From: Oligoflexia bacterium
Lineage (GTDB): Bacteria; Bdellovibrionota; Bdellovibrionia; JABDDW01
DNA: 64,000 bases
Assembly (NCBI GenBank): GCA_016715815.1
Contig: JADJXN010000001.1
Coordinates: forward strand, 259,678 to 323,677
Direction of reading: 5' to 3'
The notes under the pieces: model-generated
What the model saw: the letters and a program-made list of their open reading frames with translations, nothing else
Databases searched by the model: none
What the model was told of the DNA's origin: nothing
Shown here: in pieces, positions 47,188 to 56,658 of the stretch
How positions within the stretch are numbered: position 1 is the first letter of the stretch
How the letters are laid out: every line of letters begins with the position of its first letter
Translations under genes and position numbers: made by a program

Positions 47188-47664
47188 ATGAACATGTCAT
47201 CATGCGTACACAGCGTTGTTAAAATATTTTTAGTGGTTTGTATTATGTTTATACAAAATTTTGCACATTCTGATTCTAAAGCAGATAAAGCTAAACAGAG
47301 ACTAGAGCAGCTTTTTATTTGGAAGGTTTCAGATAAATTACAACTTAGCCCAAAAGAAGAAGAAAAATGGGCTACAGAGTATAAAAAACTTGCCGATCAA
47401 AAGGGTAAGCTTACAGTCAAGGCTGAGGAGCTTATGGGTAAGATTGAAAATAGCCAAATGGCTGATAAAGCCAAAGCTACCCAACTTTTGAAAGAGCATC
47501 TAGCAGTTCAATCCGAAATACATAAACTCCAGCTTAAGGAAGTTCAAATTGTTGAAAAACTTTTTGGAAGCCAAAAAGCCACTCAATACGTTTTAGTAAA
47601 GCGCGAGATGTTACAAAAAATTCGTGACTTACTAAGTGAACGTAACCATGCCTCAGCCAATTAA
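47188..47664 (+). CDS. periplasmic helical protein (possible Spy/CpxP-like stress protein)
   Basis: Signal peptide followed by a Lys/Glu-rich helical sequence with repeated KA..L motifs. It is co-oriented with the sigma/anti-sigma pair. Confidence 0.45.
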   Translation: MNMSSCVHSVVKIFLVVCIMFIQNFAHSDSKADKAKQRLEQLFIWKVSDKLQLSPKEEEKWATEYKKLADQKGKLTVKAEELMGKIENSQMADKAKATQLLKEHLAVQSEIHKLQLKEVQIVEKLFGSQKATQYVLVKREMLQKIRDLLSERNHASAN

Positions 47665-47719
47665 CCGACTCTAAGCCTTTTTGAGTCCTAATAATAGGGC
47701 ATCATCAAACTAGGGGGTA

Positions 47720-47941
47720 TTGATGAAAAAGGCAGCTGTTATTCTTCTTTTATTTAGTTTTAGTTCTGCAGTGGCAGATCAAGACCTGCAAAAAGATAAA
47801 AATGATAGAGAGATAAGTAGTGACTTTACTAAAGATTATTTAGAAAAAATTGCTTCAGTACCACATCAAATTAAAACCAGTGAAAGTGAAGACTCAACTT
47901 ATCATGATAAAGTGATTCAGCGGTTTTCAAGGTTTAAGTGA
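47720..47941 (+). CDS. small secreted hypothetical protein
   Basis: 73 aa with the signal peptide MMKKAAVILLLFSFSSAVA. Confidence 0.4.
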   Translation: MMKKAAVILLLFSFSSAVADQDLQKDKNDREISSDFTKDYLEKIASVPHQIKTSESEDSTYHDKVIQRFSRFK

Positions 47942-48913
47942 TTTAAAAAACAAGTCCCAATCTTTGTTGGATTTTTCAAATAGGTTTTCAAAGTAGCTAA
48001 GATCATTATAGTAAAGTTTGTAGTTTAGTAAAACTGCATTGTTTATTTTTGAATCTTGAAATTTTCTATAAATATCAGTTTTTAGTTTAGGCAGAATGAA
48101 TTTTTTAAAAGCTGCTTTTAGCTCATTAAACTTTGATTCTCTTAATGTTTCAAAATCTGATTTGGTGCCATTTTTTGAATAAAAGTCTTCTATTTTTCTT
48201 ATTTCCTGTTTCATAAATTCATGAAAAAGTTTGGAATCATACTTTTGGTCCATTAATTTTTTTAAAACACCAGTCTGATCTGGTTTTTTTATTTTATAAA
48301 ATAGCTCAACTCCCTTTTCTCCGACAAAGGTGGCAAGGCGCTCATTAAAATCAGTGTCATTATTTTTAAAGTAAGTTGAATGGGTCAATTCATGGATAAT
48401 GGTTTCGGCAAGCTCCTCATTATTCATTTCTGTCATGCTGCTTAAAAGGGGATCTTTAAACCAACCAAGGGTTGAGTAGGCGCGCACACCCCTTAAAAGC
48501 ACATCAAGATTTTTATTTTTTAACACACTTACCTCTTTCTCTGCTTTTTCTTTTTTAAAAAACCCTTTATAGGGAACTGTTCCCACAATGGGAAAAGACC
48601 AAGTATAAGCTTGAATTTTATTTTTCTCAGAGGCCGTTACAACATAAGTGACATAAGAATCATTAAGTTGCACAAAAGAGCTATAATTTTTTGATTTTTT
48701 AAGCTTTAAATATTCAAAAGAAAAATCTTTTACCTCTTGTACTAATTTTATTTTTTTTTGTGTGTCTAGACTCTCTACTTTGTCAAAACTTTTTGTGCTT
48801 TTTAAAAGCCCATACTGTCCCTGTGATTGCTCAATAATATAATTAAGAGTGCTGCACCCTGAAAGAAAAAATATAAAAATGAGTAGTTTAGAATAAAAAG
48901 CTAATTCCCGCAT
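47927..48913 (-). CDS. putative zinc aminopeptidase lipoprotein with an HExxH motif (start probably at MRELAF...)
   Basis: The lipobox is FFLSGC. IIHELTHSTYF contains HExxH. The track ORF extends to 48985 and overlaps the upstream OMP gene. Confidence 0.6.
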   Translation of the reverse strand: MRELAFYSKLLIFIFFLSGCSTLNYIIEQSQGQYGLLKSTKSFDKVESLDTQKKIKLVQEVKDFSFEYLKLKKSKNYSSFVQLNDSYVTYVVTASEKNKIQAYTWSFPIVGTVPYKGFFKKEKAEKEVSVLKNKNLDVLLRGVRAYSTLGWFKDPLLSSMTEMNNEELAETIIHELTHSTYFKNNDTDFNERLATFVGEKGVELFYKIKKPDQTGVLKKLMDQKYDSKLFHEFMKQEIRKIEDFYSKNGTKSDFETLRESKFNELKAAFKKFILPKLKTDIYRKFQDSKINNAVLLNYKLYYNDLSYFENLFEKSNKDWDLFFKSLKP

Positions 48914-49448
48914 TAATAGCAAAGTCGTAGTTGGTTGATGTTTGGTTAGAAGCGACATCTCTGGTTGTAGTTTGAGAGCCATCAAGGCCTACTTTAATTC
49001 CAAATTGAGAGCTAAGCATGTATTTAAACCCAAGTCCTGCAGTAGGAGAAAGGCCCTCTGTTTTTACAGGGTTTGGTGCGGGAGTATTGGGGTAGTAATA
49101 TCTTAAAATTTTTGTAATGTAAGCAGCGCCACCTTTTAAATATGGCTTAAACGGGGTGTTTTGAGAGTTAACAGAAAATAAAATACTGGCACCATAACCC
49201 GTTAAATCTTGGTAAACAATAAACTCGGGTTGAGATTGTATAGCAGCACCTCTTGTGAAGCTAATTTCAACTGCCATGGACTCCCAAAAATAATAGGCTA
49301 CACTGGCGGTGCCTGCTTCCATGGCGTCATAATGGGAGGCATCGTAGTTTGTTTTTTTAAAATTATAAACAGCACTGAGCTCATAAATTCCTGCTAAGGC
49401 AGGAGATGAAAATATAAAAGAAAATAGAAGAAAAAATATTTTATGCAT
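48888..49448 (-). CDS. outer-membrane beta-barrel protein (OmpA-like 8-strand type)
   Basis: Signal peptide MHKIFFLLFSFIFSSPALA. Alternating aromatic strands and the terminal ...AGISFLF. Confidence 0.65.
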   Translation of the reverse strand: MHKIFFLLFSFIFSSPALAGIYELSAVYNFKKTNYDASHYDAMEAGTASVAYYFWESMAVEISFTRGAAIQSQPEFIVYQDLTGYGASILFSVNSQNTPFKPYLKGGAAYITKILRYYYPNTPAPNPVKTEGLSPTAGLGFKYMLSSQFGIKVGLDGSQTTTRDVASNQTSTNYDFAINAGISFLF

Positions 49449-49490
49449 TAATATATTCTATCTTGATTAAGCCTATACCTTCTAGCCCAG

Positions 49491-50273
49491 TTATTGTCTG
49501 GCCCAACGGCGAGGAGCTTCTACATCATAACGAAAAGCATACTTAAGATGAATAAAGCCATCATCTGCAACCATTGCTGATGGTGGATTGGGAAAGCTTG
49601 AAGCTTGAAAGCTGCTAATAGCAGCCATATCTATAGGGCCAACACCTGAGGAACGGTGAATGATAGTTTTAACGTAATTACCACTTGAATCCAGCAGAAC
49701 CTCAATCATTGTGACCCAGCTTTTACCGGCAAGCTTTTCTACATCAATGTTTGTCCATCTTTTTTGATACTCTCTTAAATTTGATGTCCATAAATTTGAA
49801 ATACGTGAATCTATGCGGTTAAAGTAGGTGTAATAAATAAATCTTTCAGAGTTTAGGGCTGTGATGGCTCCTTCTTTAATATCATGAAAGTCGTTAATGC
49901 TTGAGGCTTCTTCATTGAATAATTCTTTTCCCAGTTTTGTAAGCCTTTTTGAGACGCCATTATCATCATCATTTTTAGTTTTTGATTTTTGTGATTGTTT
50001 TTGATTCTTATTTAAATACCCTAAGTTTTTAGCTTTTGTTTCTTGCTCAACTGATAAGTCTTTATCGCTATAAAAACGAGGTTTAAGTTTTGAAAGGGTG
50101 AGTTTGCTGGGGTTATCTGAAAGATGGGCTAATCTTTTAAGATTCTGGTCCAAATACTCAACCTCAATGACTTCAGTATTATTAAGGCCTTTATAATGGG
50201 TTAAGTTTTGAAGTAATACCCAAAAAGTCACGTGTATAATGAGGCTTATAACTAAAAACCTTAAAGCTGACAT
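49491..50273 (-). CDS. TonB-family C-terminal domain protein
   Basis: N-terminal TM anchor. The C-terminal domain (VLLDSSGNYVKTIIHRSSGVGPIDMAAISSFQASSFPNPP) resembles the TonB/TolA carboxy-terminal fold. Confidence 0.6.
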   Translation of the reverse strand: MSALRFLVISLIIHVTFWVLLQNLTHYKGLNNTEVIEVEYLDQNLKRLAHLSDNPSKLTLSKLKPRFYSDKDLSVEQETKAKNLGYLNKNQKQSQKSKTKNDDDNGVSKRLTKLGKELFNEEASSINDFHDIKEGAITALNSERFIYYTYFNRIDSRISNLWTSNLREYQKRWTNIDVEKLAGKSWVTMIEVLLDSSGNYVKTIIHRSSGVGPIDMAAISSFQASSFPNPPSAMVADDGFIHLKYAFRYDVEAPRRWARQ

Positions 50274-50330
50274 AAGGGCCTATTTATACCTCATATATTG
50301 GTCTAGAATCAAGAAAAGTGCCTAAAGAGT

Positions 50331-50864
50331 TTGCAGGACTATGACGTTAAATTAGGTATGGGTAAGAGTAACGTTATAGACATCACAAAAAGAATAAAAA
50401 CCGGTAAAAAACAAACTACAAAGGGGAGCGAAAAAGCGCAAGTTTTAAGCTTCTCTGACAAACTTCAAAACCGTGTAAAGGGTGATAGAAGGAAAGTAGA
50501 AAGAATAGTTTTGTCTCAGTTTGTGGGAGTTTTTGTTGTAACTAGATCAAGTATTTTACAGCCAGTTTCTATTAGTGATATTTCTGTAAATGGACTTTCC
50601 TTTGATATGGTGATGGATGTTGGCTCCTACGATATTGGCAATGATGTCACAATGCGTATTTATATGAGTCATGATACCTACTTTACATTTAATGTTTTAG
50701 TTACAAACAAAAGAGATATTGAGGGAAGGGGTGTTGTACGCCACGGAGTGGAGTTTAGAAAGTCTCAACCGGAGGCTCTCTACCATTTCATTAAGTTTTT
50801 GGAAACTGTTTCTCAAGTGGCAAAAAAGGACATGGGCGAAAAAGTAGCTGGCCGCGTTGATTAA
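50331..50864 (+). CDS. PilZ-domain protein (c-di-GMP receptor)
   Basis: RRKVER is the RxxxR motif. DISVNGLSF is the DxSxxG motif, at the canonical spacing. Confidence 0.75.
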   Translation: MQDYDVKLGMGKSNVIDITKRIKTGKKQTTKGSEKAQVLSFSDKLQNRVKGDRRKVERIVLSQFVGVFVVTRSSILQPVSISDISVNGLSFDMVMDVGSYDIGNDVTMRIYMSHDTYFTFNVLVTNKRDIEGRGVVRHGVEFRKSQPEALYHFIKFLETVSQVAKKDMGEKVAGRVD

Positions 50865-50904
50865 ATTTCTTGATATTCATTTAAAATTTTAGCGATAATT
50901 AAGT

Positions 50905-52239
50905 GTGACTAAAACAACAACTTCAAAGAAGCGGTTCATACTAGATACAAACGTTATATTATTTGACCCACAAGCCATCTATAAGTTCCATGAATGTGAT
51001 ATTGTCATCCCCATCTCAGTAATAGAAGAGATAGATAGGTTTAAAAAAGACCTTGGTGAAAACGGCCGAAATGCCAGACAGTTTTCAAGGTTTGTAGACG
51101 TATTAAGGGCTAAAGGTTCACTGAGTAAAGGCGTTTTATTAGAAAAAAGTAAGAGTAATTTCTTTGTTAATTTAGACATTCACGCGGGTGTTTTACCAGA
51201 AGTGTTAGATAGCCATAAGGCGGATAATCGGATTTTGGCTTTAGCACTAACAATGCAAAAAGAAAAGGCTGCGGCCCCTACCATTTTGGTTACAAAAGAT
51301 ACTAATTTACGTATTAAGGCAGATGTTTTAGGAATTATTGCCCAAGATTACGAGCCCGAAAAGGTTGATATAGAAGATTTATTTAGCGGTATTGCTGAGT
51401 ATGAAGTGGCTTCTGATGCCATTGATAGTTTTTATGCAGAAAAACAAATGCCTATTACGGACCCACACATTTTTCCAAACCAATATGTTTTATTAAAAGA
51501 TCAGGCCAACCCCAACCACAGTGCTATTGCGCGGTATAACTTTCAGGCAAAAATTGCAGTTCCTTTAATTAAACCATCAGATAATGTTTGGGGAATTTAT
51601 CCAAGAAACGTTGAGCAAAGCTTTGCCTTGGATTGCCTATTAAACGATGACATTAAACTTGTCTCTTTAGTGGGTAAAGCTGGTACTGGAAAAACTTTGT
51701 TAGCATTAGCAGCAGGGCTTTCAAAAACTTTAGATGAGGGTAAGTATCATCGCTTGCTGGTAAGTCGACCTATTTTTCCAATGGGAAGAGATATTGGTTA
51801 TTTACCAGGGGATGTTGAAGAAAAATTGAACCCCTGGATGCAGCCTGTATTTGATAATATTGAATATCTTTTAGGTTCAGGCACTAACCATAAGCGTGCA
51901 GCAGGAAGAGCGCAGGAGTTAATTAACCAGGGAATGCTAAATATTGAGCCTTTAACGTATATTCGTGGAAGAAGTATACCGCACCAATATTTAATTGTTG
52001 ATGAAGCTCAGAACCTAACGCCCCATGAAATTAAAACAATAATTACCCGCGCAGGCCAAGGTACAAAAGTGGTGTTAACAGGAGATTGTTACCAAATTGA
52101 CAACCCCTACGTAGACTCAGCCAATAACGGACTAGCTTATGTAGTTGAACGCTTTAAGGGGGAAGCCATTGCAGCCCATGTGACTTTAGCTAAAGGGGAG
52201 CGCTCAGAGCTAGCTGAGTTAGCTGCCAACTTACTATAA
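50905..52239 (+). CDS. PhoH-like ATPase with an N-terminal PIN domain (PhoH2/YlaK type)
   Basis: The N-terminal PIN domain is FILDTNVILFDP. The Walker A box is LVGKAGTGKT. The PhoH C-terminal region is present. Confidence 0.85.
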   Translation: MTKTTTSKKRFILDTNVILFDPQAIYKFHECDIVIPISVIEEIDRFKKDLGENGRNARQFSRFVDVLRAKGSLSKGVLLEKSKSNFFVNLDIHAGVLPEVLDSHKADNRILALALTMQKEKAAAPTILVTKDTNLRIKADVLGIIAQDYEPEKVDIEDLFSGIAEYEVASDAIDSFYAEKQMPITDPHIFPNQYVLLKDQANPNHSAIARYNFQAKIAVPLIKPSDNVWGIYPRNVEQSFALDCLLNDDIKLVSLVGKAGTGKTLLALAAGLSKTLDEGKYHRLLVSRPIFPMGRDIGYLPGDVEEKLNPWMQPVFDNIEYLLGSGTNHKRAAGRAQELINQGMLNIEPLTYIRGRSIPHQYLIVDEAQNLTPHEIKTIITRAGQGTKVVLTGDCYQIDNPYVDSANNGLAYVVERFKGEAIAAHVTLAKGERSELAELAANLL

Positions 52240-52301
52240 AGAGAAGCCTAGAGGCCAGAGCATCGGGCTAGACAAAAAGAAAAAGCCAAAAGGAGAAACA
52301 A

Positions 52302-52964
52302 ATGAAATTAACACTAATTTTAATAAGCTTAATTGCGGTGGCAGCGTGTACAAAAAAGCCCACAACAGACAAAGAAAAGGCAAGCTATGCCGTTGGCCAG
52401 CAAATTGGAAACAATATTAAACAACAAACCAAAGATTTAGATGCAAAAATATTAGCTCAATCTATTAATGATTCTCTAAATGATAAAAAAAGCACTCTAA
52501 CTGATGAAGAAATGCAGGCAGCTCTTATGAGCTTTCAAAAAGAGTTAATGAAGCAGGCTCAAGATAAAGCTCAAAACTCAAAAGCAGAAGGCGCTGCATT
52601 TTTAGAAAAAAATAAAAATGAAGCAGGCGTTAAGGTCACAGCCTCTGGGCTTCAATATAAAATTATAAAATCAGGTAACGGTGCTAAACCTAAAAAGACA
52701 GACACTGTGAGTGCCCATTATTCTGGAAGATTTATTGATGGCAAAGAATTTGATTCCTCATACAAGCGCGGAGAACCAACAGAATTTCCTGTTACTGGAG
52801 TAATTCCTGGTTGGACTGAAGCGCTTTTAATGATGCATGTGGGGGATAAATGGCAGCTCTTTATTCCAGCTGAGCTAGCTTATGGAGATAATAGTCCCCC
52901 TGGTATTCCACCCGGATCTGTTTTGATTTTTGATATTTCTTTAGAGGGAATTAAAAAGAAGTAG
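52302..52964 (+). CDS. FKBP-type peptidyl-prolyl cis-trans isomerase lipoprotein (FkpA/Mip-like)
   Basis: The lipobox is LIAVAAC. The C-terminal FKBP domain is GRFIDGKEFDSSY...PGW.E.L..M..G....IP..LAYG. Confidence 0.88.
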   Translation: MKLTLILISLIAVAACTKKPTTDKEKASYAVGQQIGNNIKQQTKDLDAKILAQSINDSLNDKKSTLTDEEMQAALMSFQKELMKQAQDKAQNSKAEGAAFLEKNKNEAGVKVTASGLQYKIIKSGNGAKPKKTDTVSAHYSGRFIDGKEFDSSYKRGEPTEFPVTGVIPGWTEALLMMHVGDKWQLFIPAELAYGDNSPPGIPPGSVLIFDISLEGIKKK

Positions 52965-53052
52965 TTAAGCGCGCAAAAATGTCTCAAGTAAAAAATTAGA
53001 AGCTCAACACTTTTATGGTTAGGGTTGTTTGGGGGGGAAGTAGTAATTTGGG

Positions 53053-53709
53053 CTAAGGCTTACAATCATGATTATAGGCTTCTTTATAACTCTTTTTGAA
53101 GCAGCGAATAAAAGATTCAAGAATTTTAAAGTTTGATTGAGCATCTGTATTCGCCGATTTTAACTCATCTCGGGCTTTGGTAAGACTATTCATATCATGT
53201 TCAAGAAATGCAATAGAACCCTTTACATATGCATTCCACTTGAACTTATCATCTGCTTTTTCTTCTGTACTATAAGACTTTTTAAATCTAGCGAGCGCCA
53301 AATCTGTTAAACCTTGCATTGCATACATTTGACCTGCATGCCAATAAAGTATTTGTGCTTGCCAAGGTGCAAGTTCATCATAGTGGTGCAAATGATATAT
53401 TTCTAAGACTTTAGTAGCCTCTAGCTCACAACCTTTATTTGCGAGGCCTCTCCAGCCACCGTCTGGCAAGGTCTGATCGAACGATTTATAACTAAGTTTG
53501 AGCATTTCAGATAAATTACTTGGTGAAAGCAAACATTCTTTTCTATCCTCAGCCCACGTCGAATAAGAGAAATTGATTGTGATCATAAAAATAATAAGTT
53601 TGGCACATTTCATAAGAAAAAATTGTAATAGTTTATTCCAATAGTAATCAACAAAATATTTTTTACCCAACCCCATTATTAATCTTAGACATCTTGAGCA
53701 TGCCTCCAT
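53053..53709 (-). CDS. hypothetical protein (possibly secreted if it starts at MKCAKLIIF...)
   Basis: No family was recognised. It overlaps the 3' end of the HNH gene by 25 nt. Confidence 0.4.
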   Translation of the reverse strand: MEACSRCLRLIMGLGKKYFVDYYWNKLLQFFLMKCAKLIIFMITINFSYSTWAEDRKECLLSPSNLSEMLKLSYKSFDQTLPDGGWRGLANKGCELEATKVLEIYHLHHYDELAPWQAQILYWHAGQMYAMQGLTDLALARFKKSYSTEEKADDKFKWNAYVKGSIAFLEHDMNSLTKARDELKSANTDAQSNFKILESFIRCFKKSYKEAYNHDCKP

Positions 53710-54644
53710 CGATTATGGTTTCCACAAAGTAGCCTGAGGTTATTTATGTCAAGCGATGAGCCTTGCTGCGAAAATGGCGTTATATGATCTATTTGAATAA
53801 AGTGGGTTGATTTACACTGCCTTTGACTTAGCGGATCTTTGTACTGGCACTGGCCCTGATCTCTTTGCCAGATTTGTTGTTTGATATACGCTGGAATATA
53901 TCTACTATGTTTTATTGCTCTTGAGTTTTCAGAATTATCACTTTTACTTCCAGCTGCCGGCAGCGCTTTGCGTTGCAATTTTGTAGGCTGTTTATTTACA
54001 AGATCTAACTTCTTTAAAGCTTGATCTGCAAGCTTAGTTATTAATTCCTGGTAATTAAAATTCGGGTTTTTATGGCTCATCAGAGATTTTAACTTATCAA
54101 GCTTTGCTTTTAAACTTTCATCAATAACAACTTTTAACTCGTACTTTTGCTCATCAAAAGAATTTAACTGGCCTATAGGTCTGAGCTTTTCTTTTGGTAA
54201 TAAATCAGGGTTTAAATTAATTAGCTCTTTTTGAACCTCACGAGTTGATTTGTTTTCTAATTTTTGAATTAAATCTAACTTATCTGCCTTATTAGTTATG
54301 CTTTTGGTTTGTGCATTAGGACTCGGGCTTATCTGCTTTTTAAAAAAGCCTTGTACTTGGCTAGCTGTAGTTAAATTAATACTGCCCTTTAAAATTTTAG
54401 CTTCTACTTCGGGTAAATCTCGTAGTAAACGCATAGCCTCAACGCGTCTAAAAGCTGCACTATGGCTGTATTTTAACTCATGCACACAATATTCAAATAA
54501 GCTAGGGTAGCTGATTTTTAAATACAACCTGCGACGATCTACTTCACGCAAGTGGTGAAGCACCTCCAGAGTTTTATGAGTTTCTTCTTTAACGAGAAGC
54601 TTTGTTTTATTAAGAAGCTCTATGTTTGAAAGTTTAGCTATCAT
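53685..54644 (-). CDS. HNH endonuclease-domain protein (DUF222-like N-terminus)
   Basis: The C-terminal IDHITPFSQQGSSLDINNLRLLCGNHN is an HNH motif. The N-terminus has the pattern L.VLHHLREVDRRRLYL...Y.S...Y. Confidence 0.75.
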   Translation of the reverse strand: MIAKLSNIELLNKTKLLVKEETHKTLEVLHHLREVDRRRLYLKISYPSLFEYCVHELKYSHSAAFRRVEAMRLLRDLPEVEAKILKGSINLTTASQVQGFFKKQISPSPNAQTKSITNKADKLDLIQKLENKSTREVQKELINLNPDLLPKEKLRPIGQLNSFDEQKYELKVVIDESLKAKLDKLKSLMSHKNPNFNYQELITKLADQALKKLDLVNKQPTKLQRKALPAAGSKSDNSENSRAIKHSRYIPAYIKQQIWQRDQGQCQYKDPLSQRQCKSTHFIQIDHITPFSQQGSSLDINNLRLLCGNHNRWRHAQDV

Positions 54645-55021
54645 ATAAATATCCCCCTTCTTGTTTGAAGACTTTATAACATGGGTTTTTCACAGCAAGA
54701 TTTTCAAAAGATCGAGATAAAATTTAAAATCACGATAAGCCACTTAAGCGGCCTATAAGCATACGATCAAAGTCAAAAATGCGTTTTTCGAAGACTGCGA
54801 TAAAAAAGCCTTCAGCCAATAAGTTTTAAACGCACAAAAAACACGTCAAGAAAATTGTTTTAAAAAAATTTTAATTTTCTATAACTGAGGAGTTATGAAG
54901 ATAAAAATTAGTAACACACCCGGTGAGTAGGGTTTGAAATGATTGACAAGATAATCCCAATTGTAGATTAGAATTGCAAAATTATTACTAAATTATTCAC
55001 CTAAAAAATCCGAGATAAGCG

Positions 55022-55831
55022 TTGATGAACCATAAAGCTCACTGGACTTTTGTCCTTTTCATTTTGTGTTTTGGCAACTATGCGATAGCTGCTGCAAAAA
55101 AGCCAAGCGCACATAATATTAAAGAGCTAAGAAGAACCTATTCAACTGAAGTTGCAAATTGTAAAAAAAACGAGTGTGAAGATTTAGAAATTCTTGAACA
55201 GCTAAATTATTCTCTGGAAGAACTGCAGTACTTATATGACAAAGCAGCCCTTCTGGCTGAGGAAAACTCCACCCTAAAAGAACAAGCAAAAACCATTAAA
55301 AAAAGTCAACCTGTAAGAGTGAGTAAAAAAAATCAGTGTCAAAAAAAGGAAATCCTAAATAGAAAAATGAAGGAGCTTGGAATAAATGAGAATGGAGATA
55401 TTATCTTTTCAAAACGCCCTGTTTCCGGAACAAGTGGAAAGTGTTGGGCTAATAGCAGAAACAAAAAAAATGCTACAGTAGTATTGTGCGAATTTCCTTT
55501 AGCAGTAAACATTCTCACTCGTGGTGGGGAGGCTGATAAATTAACTGAAACCGGTTTGCAGTATATGTTTGATCTTAACGGGTGTGACCTTATTGCCGTT
55601 AAAAGAACCGAAGAAAACTCTAAATTTAAGACAGAATCAGATTTAAGTTTAAAAACATGTGTTGAAGAGTGGAATAAGCGTGGCTCAGACGCACTTATGA
55701 GTAAAGAACAGGTCCAGATTATGGAAGAAACGATACAAGAGTGTTTTAAACATGAACTATTACCTGTAAATGCCATTGTTTTAAAGAATGTTAAAAGTAA
55801 GCCTAAACAAAAGTCTAATTCAGTAAGGTAA
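55022..55831 (+). CDS. secreted Cys-rich hypothetical protein
   Basis: Signal peptide, coiled-coil segment and about 9 cysteines. Confidence 0.45.
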   Translation: MMNHKAHWTFVLFILCFGNYAIAAAKKPSAHNIKELRRTYSTEVANCKKNECEDLEILEQLNYSLEELQYLYDKAALLAEENSTLKEQAKTIKKSQPVRVSKKNQCQKKEILNRKMKELGINENGDIIFSKRPVSGTSGKCWANSRNKKNATVVLCEFPLAVNILTRGGEADKLTETGLQYMFDLNGCDLIAVKRTEENSKFKTESDLSLKTCVEEWNKRGSDALMSKEQVQIMEETIQECFKHELLPVNAIVLKNVKSKPKQKSNSVR

Positions 55832-55879
55832 AGCTTTAAAAAAACTCATCTTAATCCGAATAAACCATAGAGGTGGAAA

Positions 55880-56161
55880 ATGGATTTTTTGTCAGGTGAT
55901 TTAGATAGAGTTTTTACAGCTCTTTATGAGTTGGGAATGATTGAACCAATGCTTGGAAAAGACTGGTCAAAAATGTATGCCCAGGACCACAAAGTTTGGA
56001 AAGATGTGGGCGGAGCAATAAGAAAACTAAATAAAATGGCAAGTCTAAAAGAAATCAGAGGTTTTATTGAAACTCTCCCTCAACGTGTTGTTGAAGCATT
56101 GGTGATTGAAGTAGCAAGGGAAATGGCAGAGTTTCATGAAAGAAAAGAGATGGTGCACTAA
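55880..56161 (+). CDS. small hypothetical protein
   Basis: 93 aa, helical, no signal peptide. Confidence 0.35.
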   Translation: MDFLSGDLDRVFTALYELGMIEPMLGKDWSKMYAQDHKVWKDVGGAIRKLNKMASLKEIRGFIETLPQRVVEALVIEVAREMAEFHERKEMVH

Positions 56162-56656
56162 ATGAAAAGAGCAGGTCTTTACTTAGCCATTGTATTTTTA
56201 TTTTTAGTTCAAATTGTCTATGCATGGGAAGTAGATTTCTCTAGACGTCGCAAACCTTTGGCGACCACTGAAGCTCAAAGTGTGGAACCTAAGGCAATGG
56301 ATTTTGTTGCAAAACCAAGGCGCACAAAAATTACTGATAGACAAGAAGTTGTTATTTTAAATACGCAAAATGGTTTTGTTCCTTCAAATGTAAGACTTAA
56401 AAAGGGTGTGTATTACACAATTCATGTTGTGAATGTTAATAAAGAAAATAAAAATGTAAGCTTTATGCTTGATGCATATAACCAACATCATTCCACTTAT
56501 TATGGTGAAACAAAGACCTTCTACCTTGATCCTGATAAAGAGGGAGTTTTTGAGTTTCAATGCCCAGAAACATCCTCTAGTGGCAAGCTTGTGGTTTATG
56601 GTCCAAAAACGCAGCCAGTTCAGGTGGAGCGTTCAACAGCAAATTCTGAGGAATAA
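56162..56656 (+). CDS. membrane-anchored protein with a cupredoxin-like C-terminal domain
   Basis: N-terminal TM helix. The C-terminal beta-rich domain has the His/Cys/His pattern (HVVNVN...NQHHS...FQCPE) of cupredoxin-like folds. Confidence 0.45.
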   Translation: MKRAGLYLAIVFLFLVQIVYAWEVDFSRRRKPLATTEAQSVEPKAMDFVAKPRRTKITDRQEVVILNTQNGFVPSNVRLKKGVYYTIHVVNVNKENKNVSFMLDAYNQHHSTYYGETKTFYLDPDKEGVFEFQCPETSSSGKLVVYGPKTQPVQVERSTANSEE

Positions 56657-56658
56657 AA

